From Acidobacteriota bacterium (GTDB lineage: Bacteria > Bacteroidota > Ignavibacteria > Ignavibacteriales > SURF-24), in assembly GCA_050258415.1 (NCBI GenBank), contig JBLMYS010000361.1, positions 1 to 56,380 on the forward strand: a DNA stretch of 56,380 bases, given 5' to 3'. Numbering within the stretch: the first letter of the stretch is position 1; every line of letters starts with the position of its first letter. This document shows positions 26,826-35,750 of this stretch, piece by piece. Both the position numbers and the translations under genes were made by a program. Under the pieces are notes generated by a model. It was not told where the DNA came from. It made no database searches and was given only the letters and a program-made list of their open reading frames with translations.

Positions 26826-27467
26826 CTAGTTCCCTCCGCCATCACTCATCAGTTTTGATTTCACGTATTCGAACTCTTCTTTACGGTTCATATTGTAGTA
26901 CATATCGTCTGTATAAAAAGGGAGGCTTTCGGCATCAAGAATTTCAGCACCCACACTCTCGGCAAGTTCCAGCACGCTGCATCTTCTCTTTATCTGTTCA
27001 GGAGACCTTCCCTCATTTAGTTCTTTGCTTAATAGAATCTTTTCTGCCTCAGGGATGCAGCTTTTATGGTAAAGGCCGCAGAGCTGCTGAATAAAGCCGC
27101 CCGCGCGCGCAATGGTAATCATCTTGCCGGTTCTGTAATTAACGAGATACTCTATCATTTCCCTTTTCATTAGAGGAATATCAGAGGCTATAATGAAACA
27201 TTTATCTGTGCCGGAATTATTAAGGGCTGAATGTATGCCGGATAAAGGCCCCCTGCCGGGATAAATATCCCTGAAGGTTTGAAGCTTAAGAAAATTGTAT
27301 TCCTCAGGTTCATTGGTAATAAGGATTACCTTACTGAATAATGTGTCTAATAGCTCCTTCACCCTTTCAATTATGGTCTTATCCCCTATCTTCAGAAGAG
27401 ATTTATTCTCTCCCATTCGGCTGCTTTTACCGCCCGACAAAATTGCTGCAGTTATATCATTATACAT
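26826..27467 (-). CDS. mobA: Molybdenum cofactor guanylyltransferase
   Basis: ILSGGKSSRMG..K, GPLSGI, SDIP and NMN..EE motifs. Confidence 0.88.
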   Translation of the reverse strand: MYNDITAAILSGGKSSRMGENKSLLKIGDKTIIERVKELLDTLFSKVILITNEPEEYNFLKLQTFRDIYPGRGPLSGIHSALNNSGTDKCFIIASDIPLMKREMIEYLVNYRTGKMITIARAGGFIQQLCGLYHKSCIPEAEKILLSKELNEGRSPEQIKRRCSVLELAESVGAEILDAESLPFYTDDMYYNMNRKEEFEYVKSKLMSDGGGN

Positions 27468-28657
27468 TCCACTTCCTCACCTTTTAAGGGATTTGTTCTT
27501 TCCTCTTCAATCGTAATAAGGCAGTTTGCCATGCTCATCTGCACAAGATTGCCCGAGGACTGCTGCCCAACGGAGCTTACTGATAGCAAACCGTTTTCAT
27601 CCTTACTGACATATCCCCTTACAAAGTGCCTCTTTGAATCGGTTTTCCTTATGTCATTGTTAAGAATTGCCTTAATTAAGGGAATTTCCTGGCTTCCAAA
27701 ACATTTCATGAGGTTTGCCTTAACAAACAGGTAAAAAGTAACCAAAGAGGATACAGGATTACCGGGAAGCCCAAAAACCGGCTGAACAGTCCCTACATTT
27801 TGCCTTAAGCCGAAGAGGACCGGTTTACCGGGCTTAATATTTATCTTATGAAAAAGAGTCTCAATACCCAGCTCTCTGAAAACCTCCTCTACAAAATCAT
27901 ATTTCCCGACCGAGACTCCACCGGTCGTAACGAGAAGGTCGCAGTTATCAAGGGCATGACGGATTTTGGATTTAATCTCTTCTTTATCATCCCTTGCAAT
28001 GCCAAAGTTCACCGCTATCATTCCCGTCTCTTTTACCGCGCTCAAAATTGAGTAAAGGTTAGATACCCTGATTTTATCGCCTGAAGGCACCTCGTCAATA
28101 TCAATTAGTTCATCGCCCGTTGCAAGCACCCCGATTTTAAGTCTTTCGAAGACTTTAACTTCAGATCTGCCGCAGGAAGCAAGTGCCGCAATCTGAGAAG
28201 CTTTGAGAAAGGTGCCTTTACTTACGGCAATTTGCCCCTTCAGGAGGTCCTGTCCCCTCTTTGAAACATTCATCCCGGAGGTAAACCTGGCGTTGGTGTT
28301 CAGGATTACATTCTGTTCCCTTATAAACACATCTTCAACAGGTACAACCGTATCAAATCCCTCGGGAAGCCTGCCTCCGGTCATAATCGAAATAGCCGAG
28401 ACCGGGTCAGGGCTAATCTGACTGAAGTTTCCTGCCGCAATTTCTCCTTTTATGCTCCAGCTTTTGATGCCGGGATTAAACTTAACGGCAAAGCCGTCCA
28501 TGGCTGAACTGTTAAATGGAGGAAGATCCACGTCTGAAATTACGTCTTCGGAAAGCGTCCTGCCCTGTGCATCCGGAAGGCTGATATACTCAGTCTTATG
28601 CTGAAGAGTTTTCAGTGTATTTAGTATTATTTCATTTGCCTGGGTGAAGCTTATCAT
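27452..28657 (-). CDS. moeA: Molybdopterin molybdotransferase
   Basis: PPF..SAMDGFA, IMTG, TGDEL, TGGVSVG..D, KPGKP and GLPGNP motifs. Confidence 0.93.
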   Translation of the reverse strand: MISFTQANEIILNTLKTLQHKTEYISLPDAQGRTLSEDVISDVDLPPFNSSAMDGFAVKFNPGIKSWSIKGEIAAGNFSQISPDPVSAISIMTGGRLPEGFDTVVPVEDVFIREQNVILNTNARFTSGMNVSKRGQDLLKGQIAVSKGTFLKASQIAALASCGRSEVKVFERLKIGVLATGDELIDIDEVPSGDKIRVSNLYSILSAVKETGMIAVNFGIARDDKEEIKSKIRHALDNCDLLVTTGGVSVGKYDFVEEVFRELGIETLFHKINIKPGKPVLFGLRQNVGTVQPVFGLPGNPVSSLVTFYLFVKANLMKCFGSQEIPLIKAILNNDIRKTDSKRHFVRGYVSKDENGLLSVSSVGQQSSGNLVQMSMANCLITIEEERTNPLKGEEVECIMI

Positions 28658-28755
28658 ATTTTTTAGTGTTAGGATACAAACGTTATTAAATTAACAAGAA
28701 ATAACTAAACAAAAAAGCAGCCGCTTTCTTGGCGGGTTAAGAAACAGAGAATAGC

Positions 28756-28792
28756 AAAAAAAATGCCGCCTGAAATTACGGGCGGCATTTTT
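28756..28792. terminator. Strong, potentially bidirectional intrinsic terminator
   Basis: AAAAAAAATGCCGCC-TGAAATTACG-GGCGGCATTTTT. Confidence 0.8.
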
Positions 28793-28888
28793 GGACTCCC
28801 TTTTGAGTTTTACCTGACAGGAGCCATCTTTAATCGATTGGATCGAATTTTTGCAGGAAAGCTTTTATGCATTGCTTTACCTGAAAAT

Positions 28889-28917
28889 ATTTTAATAAAA
28901 CCTGAATGATAAATCAA
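28889..28917 (-). promoter_or_regulatory. Candidate sigma70 promoter of a short intergenic transcript
   Basis: Minus strand TTGATT (28917-28912), 17-nt spacer, TAAAAT (28894-28889). Confidence 0.45.
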
Positions 28918-28953
28918 TAAAGTTTCTTTCTTATTTCATATATCATTCAGGAT

Positions 28954-28968
28954 TGTGATCTATATCAA
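28954..28968. promoter_or_regulatory. Fnr/Crp-type binding site
   Basis: TGTGAT-CTAT-ATCAA, one mismatch to TTGAT-N4-ATCAA. Confidence 0.45.
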
Positions 28969-28990
28969 GTTCAACGCTGAGGAAGCAGCA

Positions 28991-30961
28991 TCAGATCTTT
29001 TCATCTTCATCTATTGAAAGATCCGTAGCCTTTACGGTCTTGCCCTCAGGTTTTATATGGAAAGGATTTGGAATATCCTTTGTCTGAGTATCGCTTGTAA
29101 AGATGGTCAGTACAGGCTTCATGAGAGCCTTTTTGATCTTTTCCACATTTGTTTTCCCCGGGTCAAAATAAACTATTGCACTTGGGGTATCCAGGTACCG
29201 GGTTGAAAAACGGACAATGCCCTCATCAGCCGAAAGGTGGCTTGTAAGGGAGCTGAAACGCTGTCTAAGAGCAGGGTTAGCCGCCTCAGGCATTGTGAAA
29301 ACAAGAGCTGAAAGCTGCGTTTTATCATACGCCTCATAATCATTGAAAGTCCTGTCGTAGAGTCTGAATATGCGCTTTTTGTAGTCAGGAATTGTAAGGC
29401 TACCAAGCTGTTTTCCGTCATCCTGAACTTCAAAATCTATATTGACAGTCTGAAGGAGTTTTCCAATCTGTACCTCAACCTCCCTCAGTTCAACTTTCTG
29501 TTTTATTTTTGCCGGACTGGTCTTTGAAGCGTCATAGAATACCGTGAGCATAATCGGCTCGCCATAGCGTGTTTCAAAGCCGTAGACATTCGGGTCCAGC
29601 TTTAGGGCGCTGGCCAGGTAAATAAAATCATAAAGGTCGAAAAGGTGGTTTACTCCCACCTGCCACATTGCAAGATTTGTTATTGAGGGATCTTTTATCG
29701 GGCGCACTTCCTGCTTTGTCGGCGTAAATAAAGAAGCCTTTACTTTCTGTTCAGAAATCTTTGACGGGTCATAGTAAATCTTGACCGCATGTGCACTTGC
29801 CCATGTATCGAGGCCCACAATGCCATCAACGGTCTCAAGTTTGCCTTTTAAGGACATGGAACTGCTGAAGCATTTCACATTCTTTAATCCCGCGCGTTCA
29901 TAAGTGGCGATGTTTGAAACGGAGGCAAAATTTCCCCAGCGCTCGGCAATCGTGGTAAAGTTAAGCTGGCTTGCTGCTCCAAGGCTTAGGAAAAGAATAA
30001 CAACAAATGCTACAGGGGCAAGATGCCTGAAAGACTTCTTGTTGTTGATTGAAAGAGTATTCTTAACCGGGCATGTATTAACACAGTCAGTGCAGAGTGT
30101 GCAGTCTATATGGTTTACCTTATCGAAAGTGGAAACCTTAATTCCCTGCGGGCATTTTTTGTCGCACAGGCCGCAAGAGGTGCATCTGTCAAAGTTTCTT
30201 GTAACTTTAGGCAGAGGGCTCAGAAAGCTTCTCATGAAGCCAAGTTCAGTAATCAAGCCCGAGGCTGCCAGGCCGCCGATGAGCCAGGCATAGCTCAGTC
30301 CGGGGTTCATATATTTAACTATTATGAAAGCAATTATCACACTGCCCGAGCCTAAAACATTCATAAACACGTTGCTGATTGCGCCTAAGGGACAGAGATA
30401 TCTGCACCAGAAGAGCCTGAAGAATACGGCGCCCAGAACAGCAAGAATGAATGCAGGTATTGAAAGATAAAGAACTGTGTCTGCATTGCCGAAAAGGTTT
30501 GCCGAGGCAAAGTAAGGGTCGAACTCCTTGCAGAAGAGTTCGCTTGAAGTCATCGTAAAATACATTGCCAAAAAGAGAATAACATACTTGAGTGCGCGCA
30601 ATGGTCTGTCCACAAATTTAGGCATTTCAATGCGGACTTTCAGCTTATCGCCAAGTCTACCTAGCCATTCGGTTACAGAGCCTATCGGGCATGCAAAGCT
30701 GCAGAAGAGTTTGCCTACAAGAAGGACACCTATTAAGAGCCCGATGCCAAGAGCCACCTGCACCTCGCCCATCGTGCATGCCATTGTTCCCTGGTTCAGC
30801 TTGCTCATAAAGGAAGCAACTCCACCATAGGGGCAATATTTTTCAAAGTCGGCCGCATACCCATTATCAAATGCCGGCCTTATGGCCACATATCCAACCA
30901 GTCCAAGAAAGATAAACTGGAATATGAGCCTGATTTTGTTTTTCATCTGAAATTTCTTCAT
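28991..30961 (-). CDS. Polytopic 4Fe-4S membrane protein (NapH/MauN-like) with a large C-terminal repeat region
   Basis: CPYGG, FCSFACP, WCRYLCPLG and two CxxCxxCxxxCP motifs. The start was placed at ATG 30961 after GGAG. Confidence 0.78.
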   Translation of the reverse strand: MKKFQMKNKIRLIFQFIFLGLVGYVAIRPAFDNGYAADFEKYCPYGGVASFMSKLNQGTMACTMGEVQVALGIGLLIGVLLVGKLFCSFACPIGSVTEWLGRLGDKLKVRIEMPKFVDRPLRALKYVILFLAMYFTMTSSELFCKEFDPYFASANLFGNADTVLYLSIPAFILAVLGAVFFRLFWCRYLCPLGAISNVFMNVLGSGSVIIAFIIVKYMNPGLSYAWLIGGLAASGLITELGFMRSFLSPLPKVTRNFDRCTSCGLCDKKCPQGIKVSTFDKVNHIDCTLCTDCVNTCPVKNTLSINNKKSFRHLAPVAFVVILFLSLGAASQLNFTTIAERWGNFASVSNIATYERAGLKNVKCFSSSMSLKGKLETVDGIVGLDTWASAHAVKIYYDPSKISEQKVKASLFTPTKQEVRPIKDPSITNLAMWQVGVNHLFDLYDFIYLASALKLDPNVYGFETRYGEPIMLTVFYDASKTSPAKIKQKVELREVEVQIGKLLQTVNIDFEVQDDGKQLGSLTIPDYKKRIFRLYDRTFNDYEAYDKTQLSALVFTMPEAANPALRQRFSSLTSHLSADEGIVRFSTRYLDTPSAIVYFDPGKTNVEKIKKALMKPVLTIFTSDTQTKDIPNPFHIKPEGKTVKATDLSIDEDEKI

Positions 30962-31026
30962 CTGAAACTGTCTCCCGAAAATTTTACTTTTCAAATATTT
31001 TTTAATTCAACGCCCTGAAAGTCCAT

Positions 31027-31060
31027 TTCCCCCCCCCGGGTTTTGATCCCCGGGGGAGAA
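31027..31060. other. GC-rich stem-loop between the M16 peptidase and Fe-S protein genes
   Basis: TTC-C8-GGG ... CCCCGGGGGAGAA, with no adjacent U-tract on the minus strand. Confidence 0.5.
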
Positions 31061-31071
31061 GGAATATTCTT

Positions 31072-33894
31072 TTATAATTTGTCAGTCAAATGATCCAGTG
31101 AGTGTTCCTCAATTGGGCCGTCAACTACAAGAATAAATTTATCCAATGTGAAATATTTCTTTGCCACACGCATCACATCATCTTTTGTGATTGCAAGAAT
31201 TCTCTGCCCTTTCTTGTCGAAGCTGTCCAGAGGCCTCTTGTCCAGAATAAGGTCCCATGTAATGCTTGCAACGTCATCAGGCGTTTCGACTATCAGGGGA
31301 AGCAGGCCTATCTGGCGGTTTTTAGCTGCATTGAGTTCCTCGTCTGTAATTCCGCCATCGAGGAGTTTTCTTATTTCCTTAAAAATGCCTGTTATAACCT
31401 TCTCAACGTTCTTCGGACCGGTTTTAGTGTTGAACTTCCAGTAGCCGATGTGATCTGTAGGAGCCCAGAACTCGCTCTTGAGGCCGTAGATTAAGCCCTG
31501 TTTGTCGCGAAGCTCAATCCCCATCCTGGAAGTAAGCGCGCTGGAGGCGAGGATATAGTTGAGAACTGAGATTGTTTCCTTTTCATCCGGGTTAACGTTG
31601 TTGAAAGGATTAAAGCCAAGATTAATGGTGCATTCAGTGTAATCCTTTTCAGGGAACACTTTGATTTCCTTGCCTGAAAGGCCCTTAGCCTCAGGAATTT
31701 TAACCATTTCGGGAGTTTTGGCCGGGTTCTTCCACTGCCCGAAGTGTTTATTGACGAGTGCCTTCATTTCCTCAGGCTTCATGTCGCCAACCATCAGAAT
31801 GATCATATCCTCGGGGCGGAAATACTTTGAATGCAGGTTTTTAAGGTCATCAAGAGTTATACTCTTTACCGACTCTTCAGTCGGCTTTACCTTTGAGTAC
31901 GGGTGATCGGCATAAAGTTTATTATACATGTAGTAGAATGCCTGCATGCTGGTCTGCTTCATCTGGTTACGGGCAGATATTTCATATCTTGGCTTCACCT
32001 TTGCAAGGTCTCCCTGCCTGAGCCCCGGATGAGCTACAATGTCGAATGTAGTCTGCATCATTTCATCTGCATTTTCCTTCAGAGAATAACCCTGGAATGT
32101 AAAGCCCCTGTAACTGCCGCCGAGCTGGAATGAAAACGGAACAAAAGCCATCCTTTCTGAAAGCGAGTCATAAGACATTGTCTCTGTACCCCTGGACATA
32201 ACGTCGCCCAGGACGTTGCAGATGCCGGGCTTCTGCCCCTCATTGGATTCTAAAATATTGCCCGATTCAAAGCGCCCTACTATCGTAAGTGTCGGAGTCA
32301 TATGGTTTTCAATTGCGTAAAGCGTTACTCCATTGTCCAGCTTCATTACGTTAATTGAAGGCATTATTTCCTTAGGCTTAATAAGCTCATTAAGACCATT
32401 GCCGCTGACCATGTTGTAGAGGTCTAAAGGTGACTTATAGTAGAACTCGTTTTCTGGCAGAAGGTTGTTTGCATCCTGCTCATCATTGCCTGTTTTCTGC
32501 TCTTCAGTTTCTTCTTTTGAAGCAGTAGCCTTCCTGTCCTTTTTGTCCTTGTTTTTCGGCATCAGGTATCCGACAGTAACTTTTTCAGGGGCAAAATATT
32601 TATTCATAACCCTCATGATATCGTCTTTAGTTACATTCAGTACCCTTTTGGAAAACTCGCCAAGGTACTCATGGCCGAAGAATGCTTCATAGCGGCTTAT
32701 TCTTGAGCCTATATCAGTATTCTTTGTATATGAGGTAACTTCGCCAAACTTAAATCTGTTTTTCACCTTCTGAAGTTCATGGTCTGTTACAGGTTCTGTC
32801 TGCATGCGGGTAATTTCTTCCCATATCATCTCTTCGGCGCGGTCCATGCTGCTGTCGGGTTTCATACCGACGCCAATGGAGAAAAGCCCCGGGTCCTTGG
32901 TCATTCCGAATCCGCCGGAGGCCATGGAGGCGATCTGGGCTTTTTCTACTAATTTCTTATAGAGTCTTGCATCCCTGCTTTTCTCGCAAAGTATCATGCC
33001 GGCGACCCTGAGTGCAGCAGCATCGGAATCGGCATAAAGAGGAGCATGGAACGACATCCTGAATGAACAGTCTGAGATATCACTATGTTTGACAGTGAAT
33101 GTCTTACGCACCCTTTGCGGCTGTTCAATTGCGTTGATATCCTGGACTTCTGGGCCTTTAGGAATCTTCTCGTAGTATTTCTTTACGAGTTCGAGCATCT
33201 TGTCTGTATCAAAGTCACCTACGAGCACCAGAAAAGCGTTGTTTGGAGTATAGTAGGTTTTATAGTAACTATATGCATCGTCTCTCGAAACGCGGGCTAA
33301 GTCACTCGGCCATCCGATTATCGGGTCGCGGTTTGGATGGCTGTCGTAAGCAACCGAGTTCATTGTCTCTGAAAAAATGCCGTTCGGGGTACTTTCGGAC
33401 CTCATTCTCCTTTCCTGCTTTATCACTTCCACTTCAGGTTTGAATTCAGCAGGGTCAAACGTGCTGTTGAGCATTCTGTCGGACTCGATATCGAGTGCGA
33501 GTTCTATTTTGTTCTTTGGAAGATACTCATAGTAGCTCGTCATATCATTTGCCGTAAATGCATTGAAGACGCCTGAGTTTTCACTTATCTTTTTAGATAC
33601 AGCACCCTTGCCGTACTTCTTTGTCCCCTTGAACATCATATGTTCAACTATGTGGGAAATACCTGTTATGCCGAGTCTTTCATTTCTGGAGCCGACCTTA
33701 TATGTCAGCTGGTGATAGATCAAAGGGGCAATATGTCTTTCCATTGTAAGCACCACAAGTCCGTTTTTGAGCACATGCTTGTAGAGCTTGCCTTCCTCGT
33801 AACCAGCCTCCCGGGCCAGGTTTACCTGGGATACCAAGAGAAGAACTAAAAATATAACTGAGAATTTTACCTTCGAGGTAATGTTTTTCCTCAT
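31072..33894 (-). CDS. Secreted M16 (pitrilysin family) zinc peptidase, two-domain type
   Basis: Signal peptide, HIVEHMMFKGT (HxxEH) and NAFT; the second half lacks HxxEH. Confidence 0.9.
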   Translation of the reverse strand: MRKNITSKVKFSVIFLVLLLVSQVNLAREAGYEEGKLYKHVLKNGLVVLTMERHIAPLIYHQLTYKVGSRNERLGITGISHIVEHMMFKGTKKYGKGAVSKKISENSGVFNAFTANDMTSYYEYLPKNKIELALDIESDRMLNSTFDPAEFKPEVEVIKQERRMRSESTPNGIFSETMNSVAYDSHPNRDPIIGWPSDLARVSRDDAYSYYKTYYTPNNAFLVLVGDFDTDKMLELVKKYYEKIPKGPEVQDINAIEQPQRVRKTFTVKHSDISDCSFRMSFHAPLYADSDAAALRVAGMILCEKSRDARLYKKLVEKAQIASMASGGFGMTKDPGLFSIGVGMKPDSSMDRAEEMIWEEITRMQTEPVTDHELQKVKNRFKFGEVTSYTKNTDIGSRISRYEAFFGHEYLGEFSKRVLNVTKDDIMRVMNKYFAPEKVTVGYLMPKNKDKKDRKATASKEETEEQKTGNDEQDANNLLPENEFYYKSPLDLYNMVSGNGLNELIKPKEIMPSINVMKLDNGVTLYAIENHMTPTLTIVGRFESGNILESNEGQKPGICNVLGDVMSRGTETMSYDSLSERMAFVPFSFQLGGSYRGFTFQGYSLKENADEMMQTTFDIVAHPGLRQGDLAKVKPRYEISARNQMKQTSMQAFYYMYNKLYADHPYSKVKPTEESVKSITLDDLKNLHSKYFRPEDMIILMVGDMKPEEMKALVNKHFGQWKNPAKTPEMVKIPEAKGLSGKEIKVFPEKDYTECTINLGFNPFNNVNPDEKETISVLNYILASSALTSRMGIELRDKQGLIYGLKSEFWAPTDHIGYWKFNTKTGPKNVEKVITGIFKEIRKLLDGGITDEELNAAKNRQIGLLPLIVETPDDVASITWDLILDKRPLDSFDKKGQRILAITKDDVMRVAKKYFTLDKFILVVDGPIEEHSLDHLTDKL

Positions 33895-33938
33895 TTCCTA
33901 CTCCATACAATAAATTGATAATTATGAGAATTACTGCA

Positions 33939-35690
33939 CTAATTACTTTTTCTGCCATTTCCCTGACGGCGCATCGACTCGCGCACAATTTCCATCCGTT
34001 CATTCATCGTTACTTCTTGATATGCAGGTTTTACGCTTTCATTTCCGGTAATCCAAGCCGTTAAATAAGCCAGTTTCGAAACAGTTTCCGCCTTTTCAAC
34101 GTCAACTTTCTCCAGATCATCTGTTGGCATATGAAAATCCTCATGAATACCAGAAAAGAAAAACAGTGACGGAATTTTTTTCTTCAAAAAGGGCCCCTGG
34201 TCACTGGCAGATGTATAAAGACCTGTATTGTAAAACAAATTCATTGACAGGTGTTCGTTTGCCCTTTCAGCAATCCTGATGATATCCTTGCTGTAAAACG
34301 CACCGCCAAGAAAGAGTTCATTCTTTTCATTGCGGCTGATCATATCCAGATTCAGCATAGCAACGGTTTTCTCAAGAGGTTTAATGGGCTGCGCGCTTAC
34401 ATAGTACTTGGAACCGAGAATTCCGCTTTCCTCACCCGAAAAGGCAAGAAAGAGAATACTCCTTTTGGCCGGAGATTTTGAAAATGCCTCTGCAATCTCC
34501 AGCATTCCCGAGACCCCGGATGCATTGTCATCCGCCCCGTTATGTATTTTTCCTTCATTGCTTCTGTTCCCGGTGCCGTAATACCCAAGGCCGATGTGAT
34601 CGTAGTGGGCGCCTATGACAACAAATTCGTCCTTAAGCACAGGGTCACTTCCTTCAACTATTCCTCCAACGTTCTGCGTCTTTAAGAGCTCTTCATCAAA
34701 AGAAATTTCAAGGCTCATTGTCTTGTCTTCAATTTCAAAGGATTCAGCTTTCAGGGTTTTGTCTATATTTTCCAGACATCCTTTCAGGTTTTTGGAAATC
34801 CCTCCAAAGAGATCCTTCAGGATTTTTCCGGAAGCATAAATTACCGGAATCCCCTTCCTCTCCATCCCGGGCAATGAGAAGATTTCTCTCTGGAATGAAT
34901 GCAGAAGCTTTTCATATTTAATTGTCAGAGGAGGCTCATTCTTAAATGGTGAGCTTACAACTATTACTGCCAGGGCGCCTTTTTCTTCTGCCAGTTCGGC
35001 TTTCCTCAAAGGGTTACGGTAGAGCACATTCCTGGATTTGGAAAACAGGCTTGAGGTATCCCCTTCCTGTGGAAACCCGTCTACAATCAGTACAATTTTA
35101 TTCTTCACGTCCAGACTTTTCCCATTTTTGTCGACATAGTCGCTGTAGCCGTTTTCCCCCTTATCTATTCCATATCCCGCAAATACTACAGGAGCCGAGA
35201 GGCTGAGGTTTTCCGGGACAGAGTACTGGATGAGAAAATCGCTCAGATACTTATAAGAGAGCCTGTAGCTGGCTTTCGTAAAATTCCGGCTAAGAACGAG
35301 ACTGTTATTATCCGAGAGTCTGGATTTTTTAATTACAAATTTTTGATAGTAAACATCATTTAAAGAAGAATCTTCAGAAATCAACAGATTATTTCTATCC
35401 TCATTTTCATCATATTTATGAGCAATCTTTTTAGTCCCTGCAAATAAAGGCTTAAGCCCATATTGCCTGAATTTTGAGGCGATATAATTTGCAGCCACAA
35501 GATTCTCCCTGCTTCCGGCGGGTCTTCCCTTCATGCTGTCGGCGGCAAGTACGGATATTGTGTTCAGAATTTCCTTTTTGCTTATTGTTGAAAGCCCCTT
35601 TTCATATCCCTCAGGAATTTGTGCAAGAGTTCCACCATGCATTAAAAATAGAGAGATCAGACCCACAGATATAACTTTTAGTGACTGCAT
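33939..35690 (-). CDS. Secreted M28 peptidase with PA domain
   Basis: GAHYDH, NGADDNASG, FSGEE.G, NLDM, SD and H...D motifs; VFAGYGI PA insert. The start is taken as ATG 35690. Confidence 0.9.
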   Translation of the reverse strand: MQSLKVISVGLISLFLMHGGTLAQIPEGYEKGLSTISKKEILNTISVLAADSMKGRPAGSRENLVAANYIASKFRQYGLKPLFAGTKKIAHKYDENEDRNNLLISEDSSLNDVYYQKFVIKKSRLSDNNSLVLSRNFTKASYRLSYKYLSDFLIQYSVPENLSLSAPVVFAGYGIDKGENGYSDYVDKNGKSLDVKNKIVLIVDGFPQEGDTSSLFSKSRNVLYRNPLRKAELAEEKGALAVIVVSSPFKNEPPLTIKYEKLLHSFQREIFSLPGMERKGIPVIYASGKILKDLFGGISKNLKGCLENIDKTLKAESFEIEDKTMSLEISFDEELLKTQNVGGIVEGSDPVLKDEFVVIGAHYDHIGLGYYGTGNRSNEGKIHNGADDNASGVSGMLEIAEAFSKSPAKRSILFLAFSGEESGILGSKYYVSAQPIKPLEKTVAMLNLDMISRNEKNELFLGGAFYSKDIIRIAERANEHLSMNLFYNTGLYTSASDQGPFLKKKIPSLFFFSGIHEDFHMPTDDLEKVDVEKAETVSKLAYLTAWITGNESVKPAYQEVTMNERMEIVRESMRRQGNGRKSN

Positions 35691-35750
35691 TTTTCCCTTA
35701 GCTAATTTGGTCAATTGTTTCGGGCAGAAATGAAATTTTCTGCATGAGAA

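Noticed and set aside
28660-28990. Moco/Wco riboswitch upstream of moeA
   Set aside because: I could not recognise the conserved Moco-RNA elements by eye; an Infernal search would be needed.
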